NCBI GenBank assembly: GCA_021816695.1
Contig: JAKAXE010000003.1
Span: 1,573-65,572, forward strand
Reading direction: 5' to 3'
DNA length: 64,000 bases
Source of the DNA: a bacterium
GTDB lineage: Bacteria; Chloroflexota; Dormibacteria; Aeolococcales; Bog-877
Numbering within the stretch: position 1 is the first letter of the stretch; each line of letters begins with the position of its first letter. The notes under the pieces are model-generated. The model was not told where the DNA came from. It did no database searches and saw nothing but the letters and a program-made list of their open reading frames with translations. A program made the translations under genes and the position numbers. This document shows positions 9,783 to 19,059 of the stretch, in pieces.

Positions 9783-12350
9783 TCAGCGCCGGGTGGCGGG
9801 GATCGCCGCTACCCGGGACCCGCCGCCCCGGCGCACCACCGCCTGGCGGTCGAGCTGCCGCCAGGCGGTGAGCAGGGTGGCGGCGTTGAAGATCGAAGAG
9901 TAGGTGCCCGAGAAGATGCCGATCAGCAGGGCGAGGACAAACCCCTGCACCGAGGCTCCTCCCAGGAGCACCAGGGTGAGCAGCACGAAGAGAACTGTCA
10001 GCGAGGTGTTCAGGGAGCGGGACATGGTCTGCGCGATCGAGAGGTTGACCACCTGATCGAAGGTCATCCGCGGCCCCTGGACCCTGAGGTTCTCCCGGAT
10101 CCGGTCAAACACCACGATGGTGTCGTGGACTGAGAATCCGACCACGGTGAGCACCGCGCTAACGAAGAGGGCATCGACCGAACCCAGCTGGCTGAAGTGC
10201 CCCAGGATGGCCCACAACCCGACCAGCACGAAGACGTCGTGCAGCAGGGCTGCCATGGCACAGAGGGCGAACCGGCGGGCGCTGATCATGGTCTGGGAGA
10301 AGCGGAAGCCCAGGTAGACCGAGATGAGGGCGGCCGCCACCACCACCAGCAGCACCGAACTGACCACCAGGCTGCTGGCTATGGTGGGGCCCACCGTGCT
10401 CTCACTGAGGTTGAGCGACCCCGTGTGGTCCTTGGTGATCCCGAAGTGCTGGTCGAGAGCCTGGTTGATCCTCGTGAGCTCGCTGGCCGCGATCGGCTGG
10501 GTGGTGATCGAGTAGTAGTGGTTCGACTCGGCCAGCACCTGAGGATGGCTGGGCCGGTAGGTGTCGGTCACCACCTTCTGGACGGCTGCCGCGGTGGTCG
10601 GCTGGTGCAGCTGCACGCTGATGGAGTCGCCCCCGGTGAAGTCGATGCCGAGGTTGAAGCCGGCGAACAGGATGGTGATGATCCCGGGCACGATCACGAT
10701 CAGGGAGGCCGCGAAGTACCAGTTTCGGTGGGTGACGACGTCGAAGCGGCTCCCCGAGCTGAAAGTGGCCTTAAGGCGGTCGGTGGGCACGATCCGGGTG
10801 TAGAGCGTGGGACGGCGGGCGAAGGCAAACCAGCGCTGGACGTAGTGCAGCAGCGAATGGGTGATCACGATGGCCGAGAACATGCTCACGGCCACCCCGA
10901 TGAACAGGGTGAGGGCGAAACCCTGCACGTCCGCGGCCCCGAAGAAGTACAGGACGGTGCAGGTGATCATGGTGGCGATGTTGGAGTCCCGGATCGCCGG
11001 CCAGGCCCGGCGGAAACCGTACTCGACCGCCAGCTCCAGGGGCCTCCCCTGGCGCAGTTCCTCCTTGGTTCTCTCGAATATCAGCACGTTGGCATCCACG
11101 GCCATGCCCACGCTGAGGATGAAACCGGCCAGGCCGGGCAGGGTGATGACCACCGGTATGAGTTCGTAGACAGCCAGGACGATGAGGGCGTAGCAGACCA
11201 GGGCCACGCTGGCCAGGAAGCCAGGGAAGCGGTAGTAGGCGATCATGAAGATGATCACCAGGGCCAGCCCCAAGGCCCCCGCCCGAAGGCTCTGGGCGAC
11301 CGACTGCCGGCCCAGGGTCGCCGACACCGTCGTCGACTGCAGGACCCCAATCTGGGCCGGTAGCGCCCCGGCGTTGATGTCGTTGACCAGCGCCTGAGCC
11401 GAGTTGAAGGTGAAGTTCCCGGTGATCTCAGTCTGGTTGCTGCTCGGCCCCTCGACGCAGGGCGCGGTCAGAACCTCGTTGTCCAGGAAGATCGCCACCT
11501 GCGCGGAAGGGGGGGGCGGGGTCGAACACGAGCCGCCCGTCCCGGTCGTGCTGCAGAGCGGGTTGTTGGCACAGGCCTTGGTGGTGACCTGGCTCCAGAC
11601 CGACGCCCCCTGGCTGTCGAAGGTGATGTCCACGGCGTAGCCGCCACCCGGATTCTGGCCCACCGCCGCCGAGGCCACCGCCGAGGCGGGAAGGTTCTTG
11701 ATGATCTTCCAGTGGTAGGCGGCTCCGGTCGCCGACACCGGGTAGTAGGTGGTGCTATTGAACTGGCAGTTGGCCTGGGCATGCCCCTGGGGGAAGCAGG
11801 TGCTGGGGACGAGCTGGTTCTGGTCGATGCAGGTCTGGGTGGTGCAGGTCCCGGGTTGACCGTTGACCGTGGGCTTTCCCGGCACCGCCACGGCGAAATG
11901 CAGCTGAGCGGTGGACCCCAGGGTCTTGAGGGCCTGGCCTATGCCCACTCCAGGGAGCTGGACCAGGATCTGATTGCTCCCTTGGGCCTGAACCTGGGTG
12001 TCGGCGACCCCCAAGGAGTTCACCCGCCGCTGGATGATGGTGAGGCTGGCCGACTGCGCCTCGGCCAGAGTCTTCCCCTTGGGGAGGCCGGTGCGGCAGC
12101 CGATCCCCGGAGGGTTGTTGGGTCCAAGGCAGATGGCGAGGGTGAGCGAGGTGCCACCCTGCAGGTCCAGACCCCTGTGGATATAGGGCTGGGCCCCCAG
12201 CAAGGCCGGGTGCTGGTTCGCCGGATAGGAGGCAGTAACTGCCTTGTGGCGCACCAAGAGGTTGTAGATCTGGGGGTAGGCGTCCACCACGATGGCCCCC
12301 ACGACCAGCACGAACACGAGGCCCAGCCACCACCGGTTGATCCGGATCAA
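9783..12350 (-). CDS. secDF: Fused protein translocase subunit SecDF
   Basis: GLDLQGG, RRVNSLGV, GMAVDANVLIFER.KEE, LGIDFTGG, LLHD, GFSVHDTIVVFDRIRE, GTYSSIF.A. Confidence 0.95.
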   Translation of the reverse strand: MIRINRWWLGLVFVLVVGAIVVDAYPQIYNLLVRHKAVTASYPANQHPALLGAQPYIHRGLDLQGGTSLTLAICLGPNNPPGIGCRTGLPKGKTLAEAQSASLTIIQRRVNSLGVADTQVQAQGSNQILVQLPGVGIGQALKTLGSTAQLHFAVAVPGKPTVNGQPGTCTTQTCIDQNQLVPSTCFPQGHAQANCQFNSTTYYPVSATGAAYHWKIIKNLPASAVASAAVGQNPGGGYAVDITFDSQGASVWSQVTTKACANNPLCSTTGTGGSCSTPPPPSAQVAIFLDNEVLTAPCVEGPSSNQTEITGNFTFNSAQALVNDINAGALPAQIGVLQSTTVSATLGRQSVAQSLRAGALGLALVIIFMIAYYRFPGFLASVALVCYALIVLAVYELIPVVITLPGLAGFILSVGMAVDANVLIFERTKEELRQGRPLELAVEYGFRRAWPAIRDSNIATMITCTVLYFFGAADVQGFALTLFIGVAVSMFSAIVITHSLLHYVQRWFAFARRPTLYTRIVPTDRLKATFSSGSRFDVVTHRNWYFAASLIVIVPGIITILFAGFNLGIDFTGGDSISVQLHQPTTAAAVQKVVTDTYRPSHPQVLAESNHYYSITTQPIAASELTRINQALDQHFGITKDHTGSLNLSESTVGPTIASSLVVSSVLLVVVAAALISVYLGFRFSQTMISARRFALCAMAALLHDVFVLVGLWAILGHFSQLGSVDALFVSAVLTVVGFSVHDTIVVFDRIRENLRVQGPRMTFDQVVNLSIAQTMSRSLNTSLTVLFVLLTLVLLGGASVQGFVLALLIGIFSGTYSSIFNAATLLTAWRQLDRQAVVRRGGGSRVAAIPATRR

Positions 12351-12449
12351 GTCTTCTGAGTCCGCCGGAGTGAGTTGCTGGTCATCGCGAGTTCTAGATT
12401 CTAGCCGTCCGGGCTCGCCACTCCCGCCCGGGCCACGGGCGCCTGGCCC

Positions 12450-13499
12450 TCAATCCCCGGGGAAGAGAGGGGGCTCCGGCGGCGGAGCGACCAGATGTGG
12501 AGGTGGCGCCATCCCCAGATGGCGGTAGGCGCCGGCCGTGGCCATCCGGCCGCGGGGGGTCCGCTGCAGCAGGCCGAGCTGGAGGAGGTAGGGCTCCACC
12601 ACCTCCTCCAAAGTGTGCGGCTCTTCGGAGAGAGCAGCCCCCAGGGTGCCGAGCCCCACGGGCCCGCCGCCGAAGCTCGTGCAGATGAGCCGAAGGAGGC
12701 GTCGGTCCGAGTCCTGAAGCCCCAGTGAGTCGACCTCCAAGAGCTCGAGTGCCGACTCCGTGGCCGCCCTCGTGACCGAGCCGCCGCCCCGCACCAGGGC
12801 GAAGTCGCGCACCCGGCGCAGCAGCCGGTTGGCGATCCTCGGGGTTCCCCGGGACCGGGCAGCGATCAGGGCCAGGGCCTCCTGGTCGGCCTCCAACTGG
12901 AGGAGCCGCGCGGAGCGTGAAACGATGGCCAGGAGCTGCTCTGGGGTGTAGAAGTCAAGCCGGAAGGTCGCGCCGAAGCGGTCCCGCAGCGGTGCCGACA
13001 GCATCCCCTCACGCGTGGTGGCCCCGACTACCGTGAAGCGCTGCAGCGCCAGGCGCAGCGTCTGAGCCCCCGCCCCCTTCCCCGAAACGAAGTCGAACGC
13101 GAACTCCTCCATGGCCGGGTACAGGCTTTCCTCCACCGCCCGCTGGAGCCGGTGGACCTCGTCGACGAAGAGGATGTCACGCTCTCCCAGGCTGGTTAAC
13201 AGGCTCGCCAGGGCGCCCTGATGCTCCAGGGCCGGCCCGCTGGTGACCCTGAGGTTCACCCCCATCTCGAGGGCCACGATGTTGGCTAGAGTCGTCTTCC
13301 CCAGCCCCGGCGGTCCACAGAGCAGCAGGTGCTCCACCGACTCCCCCCGCATGCGAGCAGCCTCCAGGAGGATGGCCAGCTGGTCCTTGACCTGCTCCTG
13401 GCCCACGAACTCGGAGAGTCGCTGCGGCCGCAGCTGGCGGTCGAGTTCCGGCTCGTCGGGACCGACCTCCGGCTCGTAGATTCCGTCCGGTTCGCTCAC
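12450..13499 (-). CDS. ruvB: Holliday junction branch migration helicase RuvB
   Basis: [51 protein letters not shown]. Confidence 0.97.
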   Translation of the reverse strand: MSEPDGIYEPEVGPDEPELDRQLRPQRLSEFVGQEQVKDQLAILLEAARMRGESVEHLLLCGPPGLGKTTLANIVALEMGVNLRVTSGPALEHQGALASLLTSLGERDILFVDEVHRLQRAVEESLYPAMEEFAFDFVSGKGAGAQTLRLALQRFTVVGATTREGMLSAPLRDRFGATFRLDFYTPEQLLAIVSRSARLLQLEADQEALALIAARSRGTPRIANRLLRRVRDFALVRGGGSVTRAATESALELLEVDSLGLQDSDRRLLRLICTSFGGGPVGLGTLGAALSEEPHTLEEVVEPYLLQLGLLQRTPRGRMATAGAYRHLGMAPPPHLVAPPPEPPLFPGD

Positions 13500-14113
13500 C
13501 GGCGCACCTCCCTGGGGCCGAGCCGCTGCAAGGCGTCCCGCACCAGGTCTTCGACGGTCTGTGCCCCCTCACCCGGGGCGGCGGCCAGGGCCGCCCGGAC
13601 CGCCTCCCGCGCTTGCGGGGCGGAGAAGCCCAGCTGGACCAACGCGTCGACGGCGCGCTCCATGGGAGCCCCGTCGGCTGGTGGCCTCCCGGGAGGCGGG
13701 ACGATCCCCATCTGGTCGACCGTTCCCTTCAGCTCCAGCACGATCCGCCTCGCGGTCTTGACCCCGATCCCAGGGACCGCTGCCAGCACGCCGTGGTCCT
13801 CGGCGGAGATGGCCTCGGCGAGAACTCCCCACTCGGTGCGCGAGAGGATGGCCAGCGCGGCCTTGGGACCGATGCGCTCCACCCCCAGCAGGTGGCGAAA
13901 GAACACCAGCTCTTGGGGGTCGAGGAAGCCGTATAGGGAGATGGCGTCATCCCGGACCACGGTATGGACGTCGAGTCTGACCTCCCCCACCGCGGCGCGC
14001 AGCTGGGCAGCCGTCCGCTGATGGACGAACACCAGGTAGCCGACGCCTGCCACCTCGATCACCGCAGACTCCTCGTCGACCCGGCCCACCGAGCCCCGGA
14101 GCGAGGCGATCAA
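13496..14113 (-). CDS. ruvA: Holliday junction branch migration protein RuvA
   Basis: MIASLRG, GVGY, LYGF, IGPKAAL, VPGIG.KTA.RI.LEL, AL..LGF. Confidence 0.95.
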   Translation of the reverse strand: MIASLRGSVGRVDEESAVIEVAGVGYLVFVHQRTAAQLRAAVGEVRLDVHTVVRDDAISLYGFLDPQELVFFRHLLGVERIGPKAALAILSRTEWGVLAEAISAEDHGVLAAVPGIGVKTARRIVLELKGTVDQMGIVPPPGRPPADGAPMERAVDALVQLGFSAPQAREAVRAALAAAPGEGAQTVEDLVRDALQRLGPREVRR

Positions 14114-14610
14114 GCCCGGCTCGCGGCGAGCGCCAAGCGGAGCCCGCTGGCGTGCTGGTGGCAGATCCCCACGGCGCAGGCATCGGTGACATCGTCCGGT
14201 GAGCTCGGCACCTTGGCCCCAAGAATCAGCTGGACCATACGGGCCACCTGGCGCTTATCCGCCGATCCGGACCCGGTGACCGCCCGCTTCACCTCGCCCG
14301 GGGTGTACTCGGCCACAGGTAGCCCGTGGCGCGCGGCGGCGCAGAGCAGGACGCCCCGGGCCTGGCTGACCGCCATCGCCGTGGAGACGTTCCGCTGGAA
14401 GAACAGCCTCTCGACCGCCACCACCTCGGCACCGGCCATCGCCACCAACTCCTCCGCCTGTTGGAACAGCGCCAGCAGACGCTGCGGCTCGCCCTGCTGG
14501 GCCTCGGTGGTGAGGCAGCCGGACCCTCGCAACCGCAGCCGCCCTCCCCCACCGTCCACCAGCGCCCAGCCGGTCAGGGCCAGGCCGGGGTCAAGCCCCA
14601 GAACCAGCAA
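14110..14610 (-). CDS. ruvC: Crossover junction endodeoxyribonuclease RuvC
   Basis: LGLDPG, E.LFF..N, QARG, VK.AVTG.G.ADK.QV, DD..DA. Confidence 0.96.
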   Translation of the reverse strand: MLVLGLDPGLALTGWALVDGGGGRLRLRGSGCLTTEAQQGEPQRLLALFQQAEELVAMAGAEVVAVERLFFQRNVSTAMAVSQARGVLLCAAARHGLPVAEYTPGEVKRAVTGSGSADKRQVARMVQLILGAKVPSSPDDVTDACAVGICHQHASGLRLALAASRA

Positions 14611-14636
14611 CTTCCCGCCTCCGAGCGCCCGGCAGG

Positions 14637-15380
14637 TCAGACCTCGGCCAGGACGTCGTCGGGAAGGATGGCGTTGCAGTGGACCTCGCGCACGTCGTCG
14701 TGCTCCTCCAGCGCCTCCAGCAGCCTGACCACCGCCGCGGCATGTTTGGCCTCCACCTCGACGGGGTTGGTGGCCTGCATCGTCACTTCGGCCCGCTCTA
14801 CCACTCGCCCGGCATCCAGCAAGGCCTGGCGGAGCTCCTCCAGCCGCTCGGGGGCCACGTAGACCTCCACCAGGTCCCCCTCCACCTGGACGTCATCGGC
14901 CCCCAGTTCGATCGCCTCCAGCGCCAGCTGCTCAGGGTCCTGGCCCTTGGGCTCGACCACTATCAGCCCGGTACGGTTGAACATCCAAGCCACGGAATTG
15001 GTCTCGCCAAGGCTACCCCCGGAGCGGGTGAACAGGTTGCGCAGCCCGGCCACCGTCCGGTTGCGGTTGTCGGTCAGGGCGTCAACCAAGATCGCGACCC
15101 CGCCGGGGCCGTAGCCCTCGTAGCGGATCTCCTCGATGGCCGCGCCCTGGAGCTCACCGGTGCCGCGCTTGATGGCCCGCTCGATGTTGTCGGCGGGCAT
15201 GTTGACCTCTCGGGCCTTCTGGATGGCCAGGCGCAGGCGGAAGTTACCGGCCGGGTCACCGCCCCCTTCCCGAGCGGCCACTGTGATCTCACTGGCCACC
15301 TTGGTGAAGGTCTGCCCCTTCCGGGCGTCGACCACCGCCTTCTTGTGCTTGATCCCCGCCCACTTGGAGTGCCCTGACAC
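14637..15380 (-). CDS. yebC: YebC/PmpR family protein
   Basis: MSGHSKW..IK, NMP.DNIERAI, YEGYGPGG, TDNRNRT. Confidence 0.96.
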   Translation of the reverse strand: MSGHSKWAGIKHKKAVVDARKGQTFTKVASEITVAAREGGGDPAGNFRLRLAIQKAREVNMPADNIERAIKRGTGELQGAAIEEIRYEGYGPGGVAILVDALTDNRNRTVAGLRNLFTRSGGSLGETNSVAWMFNRTGLIVVEPKGQDPEQLALEAIELGADDVQVEGDLVEVYVAPERLEELRQALLDAGRVVERAEVTMQATNPVEVEAKHAAAVVRLLEALEEHDDVREVHCNAILPDDVLAEV

Positions 15381-15481
15381 CGCCTACCTCCGTCGCCTGC
15401 CCCGCCCGGGGCGGCTGGCGCGAACATGCATTCCCTGAAGTGTACCGCTGCCCTCAAGCCTAGCAGTCCGCGGAGCAGACT

Positions 15482-16702
15482 TCAGGGCCGGCCCGCCTCC
15501 GGAAGAACGAGCCTCACGACCCGCCTCGGGCCCACCCTAAGGATGGTTCCCGAGGAGAACTCCACGGGCTCCGGAGCTGCGGGGAGCCGGTGGTCTCCCA
15601 GCCTCACCGCGCCCTGGCTGAGAAGCCGCAACCCCGCGCTGCGAGAACTCGCCATCCCCGCCCGGACCAGCAGATCCCGGGGGTCCACGGGGCCAGGTGG
15701 TACCACCACCTCGACGATCTCCGAGGGCAGCTCCTTGAAACGGAAGCGCCGGAGAAACTCCTGGGCCGCCTGCTCAGCGGCCTCCTCACCGTGAAACTCG
15801 GCCACCACCCGTCTCGCCATCAGCTCCTTCAGGTCGCGGGGAAGGACCGTACCGGTGCCCAGCTTCCGGGCCAACTCCCGCGACTCGACCAGCGGAGTTG
15901 AGGTCGCCAGCTCCAGGTAGGGAACGATCTGGGCGTCGGGTATCGACATCAGGCGACCAAACTGGTCGTCCGCGGGGTCGGCCACACCCACGGCGTTGCC
16001 CAGTGACTTGCTCATCTTGCGCTGGCCGTCAATGCCCACCAGGAGGGGCACGGTGACCACATCCTGGGGGGCCATCCCGTAGGCCAGCTGCACCTCCCGC
16101 CCCCGCAGGAGGTTGAAGAGCTGGTCGGTCCCTCCCAACTCCACGTCGGCCGCCACCGCCACCGAGTCGTACCCCTGGAGCAGCGGGTAAAGCAACTCGT
16201 GGAGTCCGATCGGCCGCTCCTCTGCCATCCGCTGGCCGAAGTCAGATCGCTGCAGGAGCTGGGCCACAGTAGCCGTACCTGCCAGGCGCAGGACGTCTGC
16301 GAGACCGAACTGGCCGAACCACTCGCTCTGCCAGCGCACCTCCGCTCCCACCTGGTCCACCACCGTGAAGAGCTGCTCCAGGTAGGTCCTGGCGTTGGCC
16401 GCCACCTCCTCCGCAGTGAGCTGGGGTCGGGTGGCGGAGCGCCCGGTGGGGTCGCCGATGCGGGCGGTGACGTCGCCGATGATCAGGACCGGGGTGTGCC
16501 CCTGAGCCTGCCAGCGCCTCAAGAGGCGCATGGGTACGGTGTGGCCCAGGTGGATGTCCGGGGCACTGGGGTCGATTCCAAACTTTACCCTGAGGTGGTC
16601 GCCCCGCTCCACCCTTTCCCGGAGGTGGGCGGCGTCCACGCAGTCGACCACCCCCTGGAGAAGGACATCCCACTTGGCAGCGGAGGGATCGGTGGCGTCC
16701 AC
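15482..16702 (-). CDS. tyrS: Tyrosine--tRNA ligase
   Basis: KFGIDPSAPDIHLGH, IGDPTGR, YPLLQGYD, GGTDQ.FN, KMSKS, C-terminal S4 domain; GTG start 7 nt after TAACGT. Confidence 0.95.
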   Translation of the reverse strand: MDATDPSAAKWDVLLQGVVDCVDAAHLRERVERGDHLRVKFGIDPSAPDIHLGHTVPMRLLRRWQAQGHTPVLIIGDVTARIGDPTGRSATRPQLTAEEVAANARTYLEQLFTVVDQVGAEVRWQSEWFGQFGLADVLRLAGTATVAQLLQRSDFGQRMAEERPIGLHELLYPLLQGYDSVAVAADVELGGTDQLFNLLRGREVQLAYGMAPQDVVTVPLLVGIDGQRKMSKSLGNAVGVADPADDQFGRLMSIPDAQIVPYLELATSTPLVESRELARKLGTGTVLPRDLKELMARRVVAEFHGEEAAEQAAQEFLRRFRFKELPSEIVEVVVPPGPVDPRDLLVRAGMASSRSAGLRLLSQGAVRLGDHRLPAAPEPVEFSSGTILRVGPRRVVRLVLPEAGRP

Positions 16703-16846
16703 GCAGGGAACGTTACCGAACCGGCCACCGGTCCAGCCGCCACCTCTCAGGACGCCACCAGCTTGGTGATCCCCGGGCGCCGGTAAACTCGCGCCCAGAC
16801 GGCGCGAGACGGCCCGGCCCCGGGCGGTTCTGGGTGGAGGTCTGGT

Positions 16847-18232
16847 GTGCAGATAGAGGTCCTGGAGACGCCTGAACTGGGCGATCGCAGCTACGTGGTC
16901 GCGGACGGCCGGGAGGCGGCGGTCATCGACCCCCAGCGCGACCTGCACCGGTTCATGGATCTCATCGAGCGTCGGGGGTGGCGGGTCCGGTTGGTCCTGG
17001 AGACTCACCTGCACAACGACTACGTCACGGGTGGGCTGGAACTCTCGCGGCGGACCGGGGCAACCTATGTCGTGGCCGGAGGGGAAGAGGCAACCTTCGA
17101 CTGCTGCCCAGCACGCGAGCAGGACACGTGGGAGCTGGGGCGGGCCCGGATCAAGGTCCTGGCCAGCCCGGGGCACACCCCTGGGCACTGCGCCTACCTC
17201 TTGCGAGGACCGGAGTCCGAGGATCTCGCGGTGTTCTCCGGCGGATCGATGCTCTTCGGTACGGTGGGCCGGACTGACCTGGTGGCACCGGACCGTACCG
17301 ATGAGCTGAGCCGGCTCCAGCACCGCTCGGTGCGGCGCCTGGCCTTCGAGCTCCCAGAGTCCGTGGAGGTCCACCCCACCCACGGCTTCGGAAGCTTCTG
17401 TGCCTCATCACCCGGCAGCGGTGGCCAGCGCAGCTGGGTCGGGGAGGAGCGGCTAACCAACCTAGCCTGTCGCATCGAGGACGAGGAGGAGTTCGTCCGC
17501 ACGCTCCGGTCCGGCCTCGGCGCCTATCCGAGCTACTACGCCCACATGGGGCTCCTCAACCGAGCTGGCCCGGCCGCCTTGGACCTCACCCCGCCGCTCC
17601 GGGTGACCCCGCAGGACGTTCCCTCCCGGATCACCGCCGGCGAATGGGTCGTGGATCTTCGGCCTCGCCGCGAATACGCCCGGGCGCACCTCCCCGGCAC
17701 CGTGGGTGTGGAACACGACCCCAGCTACTTCACGACCTATCTCGGGTGGGTGATCCCCTGGGGCACCCCCGTGACCCTGGCGGCGAGCTCCGAGTCGGAG
17801 CTGGCCGGCGCCCAGCGGGACCTCGCCCGCATTGGGATAGACCGACCCGCGGCCACGGTCCTCCTGCCGGCAGAGCTTGGCGACGCCGGACGCGGATTCC
17901 AGGTGGTCGGGTGGGAGGAGCTGGCAGCCGAACTGCGTTCCCCCCGGCCGCCGGCCATCCTGGACGTCCGCTCCGAGGAGGAATGGCGGGCCGGACACCT
18001 GCCCGGAGCCACCTGGATCCCCCTGGGAGACCTGGGCCGGCGCCTCGGCGACCTCCCCCAGGTACCCACCTGGGTGCATTGTCAAGCCGGCTACCGCGCC
18101 AGCGTGGCCGCCAGCCTGCTCGATCGAGCGGGCGTACCGGTGGTGCTGGTCGACGATGACTTCGGGCGGGCGGTCGCTGCAGGGCTCGCCGTGGTAGCGG
18201 GGCTCGCCCCAGATGGGAGCTCCACCGACTGA
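16847..18232 (+). CDS. MBL-fold metallohydrolase fused to two rhodanese domains (persulfide dioxygenase/CstB-like)
   Basis: ETHLHNDY, PGHTPGH, GRTDL, P.HG.GS.C, DLR/DVR...EW..GHLPGA, catalytic loop CQAGYR. Confidence 0.85.
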   Translation: MQIEVLETPELGDRSYVVADGREAAVIDPQRDLHRFMDLIERRGWRVRLVLETHLHNDYVTGGLELSRRTGATYVVAGGEEATFDCCPAREQDTWELGRARIKVLASPGHTPGHCAYLLRGPESEDLAVFSGGSMLFGTVGRTDLVAPDRTDELSRLQHRSVRRLAFELPESVEVHPTHGFGSFCASSPGSGGQRSWVGEERLTNLACRIEDEEEFVRTLRSGLGAYPSYYAHMGLLNRAGPAALDLTPPLRVTPQDVPSRITAGEWVVDLRPRREYARAHLPGTVGVEHDPSYFTTYLGWVIPWGTPVTLAASSESELAGAQRDLARIGIDRPAATVLLPAELGDAGRGFQVVGWEELAAELRSPRPPAILDVRSEEEWRAGHLPGATWIPLGDLGRRLGDLPQVPTWVHCQAGYRASVAASLLDRAGVPVVLVDDDFGRAVAAGLAVVAGLAPDGSSTD

Positions 18233-18256
18233 CGAGCTCCTCCGGTCGGCTGCCCC

Positions 18257-18284
18257 TTGACAGCGACGTACAACGTGCTATGTT
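18257..18284 (+). promoter_or_regulatory. Sigma70-type promoter driving a stand-alone transcript
   Basis: TTGACA (18257-62), 16-nt spacer, extended -10 TGcTATGTT (18276-84). Confidence 0.7.
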
Positions 18285-18290
18285 GGATTC

Positions 18291-18529
18291 AGGTATCCGG
18301 GTTCAGACGGAGGTGTCACGTAGTGCGTACCGTCTGGAGCATGCTGAGGCACACTAGGGCGGAGTGAGCGGCCCCCCGGGGCCATCCCGGCGGAAGGTTT
18401 CCGCTGCTTCGCGTTGGGCCCCGGCAGAGGGCGACTCGCCACGTATTTCGTTCCGGCTTATCCGCCGGACGCGGTGCCTACAGCACCGGTGACTTATGGG
18501 AGCGGGCCAAAGTGCCCGCTCCTCTTTTT
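18291..18529 (+). ncRNA. Unassigned structured RNA (~240 nt), possibly also encoding a 14-aa peptide
   Basis: Bounded by promoter and intrinsic terminator; long nested complementary segments; no large sense ORF. Confidence 0.6.
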
Positions 18530-19059
18530 GCCCTCAGCGCGTCGGCGAGGTAGTAGCGCAGGGAGGCAGGGTCCCTCACTCCTATCCGGGGTCCGGCCTC
18601 AACGGGTTGCCCCGGCATACCGGCCTCCAGCCACAGATCTGTGCTCCGGGAGCAGAGGTCCCGGCGATTGTCCGCCAGGGTAACCCCGAGGGCGCGGCAG
18701 AGGAGCGCCGGGCCGCCCACCACCTCCCCGGAGGGCCGGCGGCCGGCCCGGAGCAGGACCGCCTCGGCCTCCCCGACGGAGCCGGTCACCACGTTGAGGC
18801 AGTGATGCATCCCATAGATGAAATAGACGTAGGCGTGACCGGCCGGTCCGTACATGGGCAGGTTACGGGGGGTGGGGCCGCGGCGGGCATGCGAGGCCGG
18901 GTCCGATTCCCCAAGGTAGGCCTCCACCTCCAAGAGTTCCAGCCTTATTGGGCCCGTCGGATCCCGCCGGACCAGCCAGCACCCCACCAGCTCCTGGGCC
19001 ACCTCGGGGCTGGGGCGGGCGAAGAACTTTCGACCCAGGCGCGATCCCAGCGGGCTCAC
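18478..19059 (-). CDS. mpg: DNA-3-methyladenine glycosylase (MPG/AAG family)
   Basis: FF.R...VA..LVG, EVEAY.G..DPASH, G.AYVYFIYGMH.CLNVV, AVLLRA, GP..LCRALG, RIGV; GTG overlaps pheT stop. Confidence 0.9.
   Translation of the reverse strand: MSPLGSRLGRKFFARPSPEVAQELVGCWLVRRDPTGPIRLELLEVEAYLGESDPASHARRGPTPRNLPMYGPAGHAYVYFIYGMHHCLNVVTGSVGEAEAVLLRAGRRPSGEVVGGPALLCRALGVTLADNRRDLCSRSTDLWLEAGMPGQPVEAGPRIGVRDPASLRYYLADALRAKRGAGTLARSHKSPVL
18499..18529 (+). terminator. Intrinsic terminator
   Basis: GGAGCGGGC-CAAAGT-GCCCGCTCC hairpin followed by TCTTTTT. Confidence 0.8.

Noticed and set aside
18240-18530. T-box leader, SRP RNA, tmRNA or RNase P identity for the structured region
   Set aside because: No TGGnACC T-box core, no CAGG..GGAA..AGCAG SRP helix, no tRNA-like ends and no GAGGAAAGTC motif on either strand.
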